Origin: Candidatus Latescibacterota bacterium
Lineage (GTDB): Bacteria > Latescibacterota > UBA2968
Assembly: GCA_965222605.1 (NCBI GenBank)
Contig: OZ244960.1
Location: 160,001 to 224,000, forward strand
Length of the DNA stretch: 64,000 bases
Direction of reading: 5' to 3'
The position numbers and the translations under genes were made by a program. The notes under the pieces were generated by a model. The model worked only from the letters and a program-made list of their open reading frames with translations, was not told where the DNA came from and made no database searches. Of this stretch, positions 57,511 to 64,000 are shown piece by piece. Within the stretch, counting starts at the first letter, position 1. Each line of letters begins with the position of its first letter.

Positions 57511-58039
57511 TGTTCGGAGAATTACATTTTCTGGACAGCACCTTCAACTTGCCCAAATAGCTCAATATTACAGTGATATTGAAGCATCGGTAAGGAACTA
57601 CTTTTCTTCAATCAACCCTCGCTTTGTTGAACGGTTCACCGGTTATACGCAGCAGGAAATGGAACGCGAGATGGACTCCGTTCTCGAAGAACACGCACGG
57701 AGCACATCCATGAGCATCCTATCAGCTTTAGAAGCAACTTTCCGTATGGATTTTTTGCAGCGTTGCTATAAAAGACGAAGAGATCCTCTATCAAGAGCCT
57801 TCCGAACAATACATAGTGTAAAAGGACAATATGTACCGCTAACGGATATTTTCTCCGAATGGCAACGGCATTCAGATGTTTCCCAATCTGTTATTGCGGA
57901 TATGAATCGTGCTTTCCGTTATAGACATTGGCTTGCACATGGTCGGTATTGGACGCCAAAAATCGGCCAAGAGTATGACTACGACGATATCTATACGCTT
58001 GCCGAATCGATATATGGCTCATTTCCTTTTGAAGTATGA
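57503..58039 (+). CDS. HEPN-like protein (RX4H motif)
   Basis: Start MPNVRR; SALEATFR early helix and YRHWLAHG near the C-terminus. Confidence 0.65.
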   Translation: MPNVRRITFSGQHLQLAQIAQYYSDIEASVRNYFSSINPRFVERFTGYTQQEMEREMDSVLEEHARSTSMSILSALEATFRMDFLQRCYKRRRDPLSRAFRTIHSVKGQYVPLTDIFSEWQRHSDVSQSVIADMNRAFRYRHWLAHGRYWTPKIGQEYDYDDIYTLAESIYGSFPFEV

Positions 58040-58078
58040 CCTGCTAACGCGCTCTTAAGAGGCTGTTTTACAATCCTT

Positions 58079-58591
58079 TCAGTGAACACTATTTTTTAAA
58101 AAATCAGAAGACAAGACGCCTTTATAAGGCGTACCAGTTTCTGGGTCGCGGTACATTCGCAGGCGATATCCCGCGATACCGAACCCTTGAGCCTCCCAAA
58201 AAGACAGGGCATTTGGATTGTCTCGGCGCACATTGAGATCCAATTGCCGAATGCCCCTCTCATCGAAGTTTTTAAACATCCAGCCCGCCATTTTTGATCC
58301 ATACCCCTTGCGCCGGTGTTCCGCGGCGATATAAAAATCGTGAACATAAGCGGTCTGATCTTCAATCTCAAAAGAGACAAATCCAATCGGCTGTTTCTCA
58401 ATAAGTGCCCAATGGGGATGTCGATTGCCGCCCGCCCATGTAAACGTCTCCCGAAAAAAAGAGTCGCGCGATTCCCGCGACTTGCACACGGCTGCATCGG
58501 GCATTAAATCGCGCCAATAAGCCTCGGCCATTGCGCGGAATTGCTCGCGCGTTTCAACGGGCACGGGTTCAATGTGAAGATCGCTCGCCAT
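58079..58591 (-). CDS. GNAT family N-acetyltransferase
   Basis: FYIAAEHRRKGYG, NPNALSFWEAQGF. Confidence 0.9.
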   Translation of the reverse strand: MASDLHIEPVPVETREQFRAMAEAYWRDLMPDAAVCKSRESRDSFFRETFTWAGGNRHPHWALIEKQPIGFVSFEIEDQTAYVHDFYIAAEHRRKGYGSKMAGWMFKNFDERGIRQLDLNVRRDNPNALSFWEAQGFGIAGYRLRMYRDPETGTPYKGVLSSDFLKNSVH

Positions 58592-58601
58592 ATCTATATT
58601 C

Positions 58602-59735
58602 TCAAAACCGCTCAAGGCGATAGTGCTTCAAAAAATCTATCCGAGCACCATCCAAAATCTCAATCGCCGCACATTCGCCAATTAAAGGCGCGAGCGTAAC
58701 CCCGCTGTGGGTCACAGACAAATAGAGATTTGGGACCTGTTGGGGAAATCCGAGAATCGGGTGTCCATCCTTCGGAATAGGCCGTCGCCCGCGCCGGACC
58801 TCGCGCACGGGCACGCCTTCAATTGCCGGCAAAAACCGCGCCACAGCATCGACCACCCGCTGAACTTCTTCATCGGACTGCCCAAGCGAACCGCCATCGT
58901 ACACGCGACCTTGCGCCCCGCCGTGAAGCATCACCGAACCATTGGGTAATTGCCTGAAATTGGTCTGCGGGGGACAATCGCGGGGCGAATGCACCACCGA
59001 TACATTTTCAAAAACAGGTGGTACAGGCTCTGTCAAAATCGTACATCCAAATGTGTAATACATGGGCACATCAATATCTGCCATAGCCGCAAGTGCTCCT
59101 GTATCTGCCCCCCCAGCAAGCACGACCGCATCACACGCAATCTCGCCCCGATCCGTCACCACAGCCGCTATATCCGAACCCGAACGCGCCAGCCCCACGA
59201 CGCGCGTCTGAAAAAAAATATCCGCACCCCATTCCTTCAACCGTTCAACACATGCCCCAACAACAGCCCCCGTATCTGCATGTCCTTCTATATCCGTATA
59301 AGAAGCTGCCGTCACAACGCCCGGCTTCAAACGCGGCTCTAATGCTTCAACCTCCTCCCTATTCAACAAACGGATAGGATATCCCCACGACTGCAAAACG
59401 CCCGCACGCTCCACGATTTCCCGCGCCCCATCATCCGTAGAAGCCCATCGCAATTCGCCGCCCCATGTCGCGCTTTGCGGTATGCCCAGTCGCTCGACAA
59501 ATCGCGCCCACATATCCAGCGAGCGTCGATTAAAAAGATGATAATGTCTGGGATTTTTGTCGCGTGCATTCATCCACGCAAAGGACACAGCAGTTGCCGG
59601 TTGAATAGCGGACCTCTTCCCGGGTTCACCTGCATCAATCAGCGTGACCTTTGCACCGCGTCTCGCCAGGTGAAATGCGATTGATGCCCCCACGATACCC
59701 GCACCAATCACAGCGATATTTGAAAAATTGTCCAC
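58602..59735 (-). CDS. FAD-dependent oxidoreductase (DAO/glycine oxidase family)
   Basis: VIGAGIVGAS, RPIPKDG.PILG, HSGVTLAP. Confidence 0.92.
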   Translation of the reverse strand: MDNFSNIAVIGAGIVGASIAFHLARRGAKVTLIDAGEPGKRSAIQPATAVSFAWMNARDKNPRHYHLFNRRSLDMWARFVERLGIPQSATWGGELRWASTDDGAREIVERAGVLQSWGYPIRLLNREEVEALEPRLKPGVVTAASYTDIEGHADTGAVVGACVERLKEWGADIFFQTRVVGLARSGSDIAAVVTDRGEIACDAVVLAGGADTGALAAMADIDVPMYYTFGCTILTEPVPPVFENVSVVHSPRDCPPQTNFRQLPNGSVMLHGGAQGRVYDGGSLGQSDEEVQRVVDAVARFLPAIEGVPVREVRRGRRPIPKDGHPILGFPQQVPNLYLSVTHSGVTLAPLIGECAAIEILDGARIDFLKHYRLERF

Positions 59736-59761
59736 TCGTCTTTCGCCTTTTCAGTACACAC

Positions 59762-59795
59762 AAAACGGGTTCACCTGTGATGGTCAACCCGTTTT
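59762..59795 (-). terminator. Hairpin/terminator after the symporter
   Basis: AAAACGGGTT...AACCCGTTTT. Confidence 0.55.
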
Positions 59796-59813
59796 GTGTG
59801 CCGGTATAAGTTA

Positions 59814-61364
59814 TCAATATGCGTCCCTCTGATACGCCTCTATCTCACCCGCCTTGTAACGCCTCCAGTATTCTTTGAGCCTGTCTTTGATCTCCGGACT
59901 CATGATAATACAGCCGATAATATTCGGAAACGCCATTGCAAAAATCATCGCGTCGGAAAAATCGACCACACTCTTTAGCGCAGTTACAGACCCAATAAAT
60001 ATAAAGCACACAAAAACAATTCGATACGTCAGAGTAGATCGCAATCCAAAAAGATATTCCCACGCTCGCTCGCCATAATATGCCCATGCGACCATCGTCG
60101 TATAAGCAAAGAACATTGCCACAACTGCGAGCACATAACGCGACCCAGGCGCGAACGAATCAAATGCCGTAGATGTCATCTGGATCCCCACGAGATACCC
60201 ACTTTGTCCTTGAAATTCGGCAAACTGATAAGCACCCGTAATCATACAAATCAATGCCGTCATTAAACATATAATAACAGTGTCAATGAACGGCCCGATC
60301 ATCGCCACTATCCCCTCGCGCACGGGTTCATCGGTTTTGGCTGCCGCATGGGCAAATGCCGCAGAACCCAACCCCGCTTCGTTGGAAAAAGCCGCCCTGC
60401 GTACCCCTTGAACCAGAACCCCCATAAAGCCGCCATACATAGCTTCAGGTATAAATGCTTGAGAAATGATATTTGCAATCAGATTGGGCAATTCGGTAAT
60501 ACGCGCTAAAATAATGAGAAAGGATGTGAGCACATACAACCCACACATGAAGGGTACAATGCCCGCTGTGACAGTGCCAATGCGCTTGATTCCTCCACTG
60601 ATGACAACGGCCACCACCACGGCCATTAAAAGCCCAATAACCCAGTTATAGGTCTTAAATCCCTCGGACACAGTGCCGAGCATTTCAACTGTCTGATTCA
60701 CTTGAAACATATTGCCGATGCCCAGAGACCCGCCAACTGTCAACACGGCAAAAATCACGGCCATCACGCGCCCCAAAATCCCAAGTCCTTTTTCTTTTAA
60801 GCCCTGTTCCAGATAGTACATCGGACCACCCGATACGCGACCATCGGGATGGATTCTTCTGTACATCACCGCCAGAGTACAGGATACAAACTTGGACGCC
60901 ATACCAAAAAAAGCTGTGACAATCATCCAGAAAACAGCACCGGGACCCCCGGAACTCACCGCAATCGCTACACCCGCGATATTCCCCTGCCCCACAGTGG
61001 CAGACAACGCACTGGTCAGGGCCTTAAAATGCGAAATTTCACCGGGATGATCCGGATTGTCATACCCTCCGCGAATCACATCAATCGAATGTTTCATTCC
61101 GCGCAGAGAGATCCAGCGAAAATAAAAAGAATAATAAATGCCACCACCCACGAGAACAATAATGACGAGTGGAATACCCAGGCCAAAATCAAAAAATATA
61201 ATCGAAGATAGAAAATTGGTTATCGCACCTAAGCCTTCATTCAATACGTCAATAACCATCTGTATCGCGCCAGGCAACTCGCCAGCCAAAGCTTCCTGTG
61301 CAAATGCATCGCGGGACAGAAATAGTCCCATTAGAAAGGCGAAATGAGAACACCTGAAAAACAT
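59814..61364 (-). CDS. Alanine/glycine:cation symporter (AGCS)
   Basis: ALSATVGQGNIAGVA, GGPGAVFWM, GGPMYY, FSNEAGLGSA. Confidence 0.95.
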   Translation of the reverse strand: MFFRCSHFAFLMGLFLSRDAFAQEALAGELPGAIQMVIDVLNEGLGAITNFLSSIIFFDFGLGIPLVIIVLVGGGIYYSFYFRWISLRGMKHSIDVIRGGYDNPDHPGEISHFKALTSALSATVGQGNIAGVAIAVSSGGPGAVFWMIVTAFFGMASKFVSCTLAVMYRRIHPDGRVSGGPMYYLEQGLKEKGLGILGRVMAVIFAVLTVGGSLGIGNMFQVNQTVEMLGTVSEGFKTYNWVIGLLMAVVVAVVISGGIKRIGTVTAGIVPFMCGLYVLTSFLIILARITELPNLIANIISQAFIPEAMYGGFMGVLVQGVRRAAFSNEAGLGSAAFAHAAAKTDEPVREGIVAMIGPFIDTVIICLMTALICMITGAYQFAEFQGQSGYLVGIQMTSTAFDSFAPGSRYVLAVVAMFFAYTTMVAWAYYGERAWEYLFGLRSTLTYRIVFVCFIFIGSVTALKSVVDFSDAMIFAMAFPNIIGCIIMSPEIKDRLKEYWRRYKAGEIEAYQRDAY

Positions 61365-61446
61365 TGGAAAATTCCTCAGCTTTTGATTTATATGCCACTA
61401 TGCGAACAATACCGGTCATCAGGGGCTGCTGGTTGCCGACATGGGA

Positions 61447-62985
61447 TCATCTGTACACCGTCAACTCACCCGCCTTGTAACGATCCCAGTATTCTTTGAG
61501 CACGACCTTGATCTGTGGGCTTAAGATAATGCCGCCAATAATATTCGGGAACGCCATACCCAGGATCATCGCGTCGGAAAAATCGAGCACACTTGTTAGT
61601 GCCGTAACAGACCCGATAAACACAAAACATACAAAAATAATGCGATAAGCCAGGATAGATTTTATACCAAAAAGATATTCCCATGCACGCTCGCCGTAAT
61701 AAGACCAGGAGATCATCGTCGAATACGCAAAAAGCATCACGGCAATCGCGAGCACGTAACGCGCCCCGGGTATGAAGGAATCAAATGCCGCAGCCGTCAT
61801 TTTGGCCCCTACAATAAATCCACCCTGTCCCTGAAATTCGGCCAACTGATACGCACCCGTAATCATACAAACCAATGCCGTCATCAAACATATAATAATG
61901 GTATCGATAAAAGGCCCGATCATCGCAACCATACCTTCACGCGCGGGTTCATCGGTCTGCGCTGCCGCGTGGGCAAATGCCGCAGAACCCAGACCAGCCT
62001 CATTGGAAAAAGCCGCCCTGCGTACACCTTGAACCAGAACTCCCAGGAAGCCACCATATATAGCTTCTGGCGTAAATGCCTGAGAAATAATATTCGCAAT
62101 AAGAGATGGGACTTCTGTAATATTCGTCAGAATAATTAGAATTGCGGTCAGAACATATAGTCCACACATAATGGGCACAACGCGCGATGTCACATTGCCA
62201 ATGCGCTTAATGCCACCAATAATGACAACAGCGACCATCGATGCCATTAAAAGCCCGATAACCCAGTTATATGCCTTAAATCCTTCGGACACAGTACCGA
62301 GAATTTCAACCGTCTGATTTGCCTGAAACATATTGCCGCCACCCAGAGAACCACCAATTGTCAACAGGGCAAAAAGGATGGCAAATGGACGCCCCAATGG
62401 CCTGAGACCTATTCCTGCCAGACCGTGTTCCAAATAATACATCGGGCCACCCGACACGCGGCCATCGGGATGGATTTTTCTGTGCATAATGGCCAGCGTA
62501 CAAGACGCCAGCTTTGAAGCCATGCCAAAAAATGCCGTGACGATCATCCAGAAAACAGCACCGGGACCACCGGCACTCACAGCAATAGCAACCCCCGCAA
62601 TATTTCCCAATCCCACTGTTGCAGACAACGCACTGGTCAGTGCCTTAAAATGCGAAATCTCACCGGGGTGATCGGGGTGATCATACCGCCCGCGAATCAC
62701 GTTAAGCGAATGCCTGAATCCGCGCAGCGTAAGCCAACCAAAACAAAAAGAGTAATAGACACCACCGCCGACCAACACGACAATGATCAATGGCAAGCGC
62801 GTACCAAAATCAAAGAAAAAAATCGAAAACAGGAAATTGGCGGCACCGCCCACGTAATCATTCAATGCGTTAATAACCATCTGGATCACGCCAGGCGACT
62901 CGCTGGACAAGGCTTCCTGTGCAAACGCAGAACTGGACACAAATAGTCCCATCAGCAAGGCGAACAGACAAAGTCTGAAAGACAT
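61447..62985 (-). CDS. Alanine/glycine:cation symporter (AGCS), tandem paralog
   Basis: ALSATVGLGNIAGVA, GGPGAVFWM, FSNEAGLGSA. Confidence 0.95.
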   Translation of the reverse strand: MSFRLCLFALLMGLFVSSSAFAQEALSSESPGVIQMVINALNDYVGGAANFLFSIFFFDFGTRLPLIIVVLVGGGVYYSFCFGWLTLRGFRHSLNVIRGRYDHPDHPGEISHFKALTSALSATVGLGNIAGVAIAVSAGGPGAVFWMIVTAFFGMASKLASCTLAIMHRKIHPDGRVSGGPMYYLEHGLAGIGLRPLGRPFAILFALLTIGGSLGGGNMFQANQTVEILGTVSEGFKAYNWVIGLLMASMVAVVIIGGIKRIGNVTSRVVPIMCGLYVLTAILIILTNITEVPSLIANIISQAFTPEAIYGGFLGVLVQGVRRAAFSNEAGLGSAAFAHAAAQTDEPAREGMVAMIGPFIDTIIICLMTALVCMITGAYQLAEFQGQGGFIVGAKMTAAAFDSFIPGARYVLAIAVMLFAYSTMISWSYYGERAWEYLFGIKSILAYRIIFVCFVFIGSVTALTSVLDFSDAMILGMAFPNIIGGIILSPQIKVVLKEYWDRYKAGELTVYR

Positions 62986-63167
62986 AGGCCCTCCCTGTAT
63001 TTATACTCTCTTGTGAAACACGGCACGCGACTAATGAAAAACATAATACAAACAAATTGGGGTGATGTATAGCACTTTTGAACGCGATGGAGAGTTTCTC
63101 CTTGCACTTTCCCCTCGCGTTGAGCAGATTAAATATCCAGACAAACAACCATACAGATGGAATACGC

Positions 63168-64000
63168 ATGCCAAACTCATTACTTCATCGCTATCTGCCT
63201 TTTCTCAACTGGATTGGAGAACTCAAGGATCGGCACATCCTCCGTGCCGATATCATCGCGGGTATCACCCTATCACTGGTCTTAATCCCACAGGCCATGG
63301 CCAATGCCCAACTGGCCGAGATGCCACCCTATTACGGCTTCTACGCATCATTTGTCCCCATCATCGTCAGCGCCCTCTTCGGATCTTCTCGCCAACTCTC
63401 CACAGGCCCGGTCGCACTCGTCGCCTTGATGGTCGCCTCTGAACTGGGGCAACTGGCGGTTGACGAACAGACGTATATCGCCTATGCCATTCTGCTGGCT
63501 CTCCTGGTCGGCCTGTTGCAATTTGGGCTGGGCGTATTGCGCCTGGGCGTATTGGTGAACTTTCTCTCCCACCCCGTGGTACTCGGTTTTACCAATGCCG
63601 CGGCCATCATCATCGGCACATCGCAAATCGACAAATTATTCGGCGTCACCGTAGAACGCGGCGGGGCACATTACGAGCGCATGATCCGCATGTGGGACGT
63701 GATTTCAGCGGGCTTTCACACCCCCACCCTGGTCATGGGTCTCTCGGCTATCGCATTGTTATTTATTTTGCGCCGCATCAACCCACAGATTCCAAATGTG
63801 CTGATTGTCGCCATCTTGACAACAGGCGTTTCGTGGCTCATCGGATTTGAACAAAATTACGGCGGACAAGTCGTGGGCAACATCCCCGAGGGCATTCCCG
63901 CATTTGCACTGCCAATAGTTGATTGGGGCATCGTGCCACACATCCTTAGTGCCACCATAACCATCGCACTCATTGGATATCTGGAAACCATTTCAATAGC
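63168..64000 (+). CDS. SulP family anion transporter (partial; runs off window end)
   Basis: ADIIAGITLSLVLIPQAMA, ALFGSSRQLSTGPVA, FLSHPVVLGFTNAAA. Confidence 0.92.
   Translation, partial: MPNSLLHRYLPFLNWIGELKDRHILRADIIAGITLSLVLIPQAMANAQLAEMPPYYGFYASFVPIIVSALFGSSRQLSTGPVALVALMVASELGQLAVDEQTYIAYAILLALLVGLLQFGLGVLRLGVLVNFLSHPVVLGFTNAAAIIIGTSQIDKLFGVTVERGGAHYERMIRMWDVISAGFHTPTLVMGLSAIALLFILRRINPQIPNVLIVAILTTGVSWLIGFEQNYGGQVVGNIPEGIPAFALPIVDWGIVPHILSATITIALIGYLETISI

Noticed and set aside
62986-63167. Glycine riboswitch upstream of the AGCS symporters
   Set aside because: A hairpin exists (AACGCGA...TCGCGTT), but the CCGAAG and CTCAGG aptamer motifs are absent
1-64000. CRISPR array
   Set aside because: No run of three or more regularly spaced repeats with unique spacers; the 26149 repeats are two copies 7 bp apart; no cas genes

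Overview
Bacterial chromosomal window with two parts. (1) About 1-26.3 kb is an accessory, heavily eroded island. It holds two AAA-ATPase/PD-(D/E)XK paralogs, a catalytic-domain-only tyrosine recombinase, three IS3-family relics, and remnants of YhcG, DUF3368, metallophosphoesterase, LytTR and RmuC genes. It also carries a sigma54-driven CPBP protease, a secreted metalloprotease with a dockerin/EF-hand tail, a lipoprotein serpin, and two copies of a small coiled-coil/TM gene with conserved flanks. A minus-strand defence-like operon runs: frameshifted HEPN-like gene, large N6-adenine MTase, PLD-SNF2 helicase, truncated NDT-like gene, SLATT-like fragment. Next to it lie RmuC, MNT-HEPN and a Schlafen/AlbA_2-HATPase gene. 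(2) About 26.3-64 kb is mostly intact core and metabolic DNA: ABC ATPase, oxidoreductases, thiolase, HU, an unannotated bS22-like ORF, a candidate structured RNA, tRNA-Arg(CCG), a tight sprA-comEA-pilM-like-NYN-obgE operon, lptF/lptG, sulfatase, UPF0182, a small HEPN-motif gene pair, two tandem alanine/glycine:cation symporters and a partial SulP. SprA, the Bacteroidota-type bS22 and the dockerin-tailed protein suggest an FCB-superphylum organism such as Latescibacterota or Gemmatimonadota, but this is inference. All family calls come from motifs recognised by eye; no database search was run.
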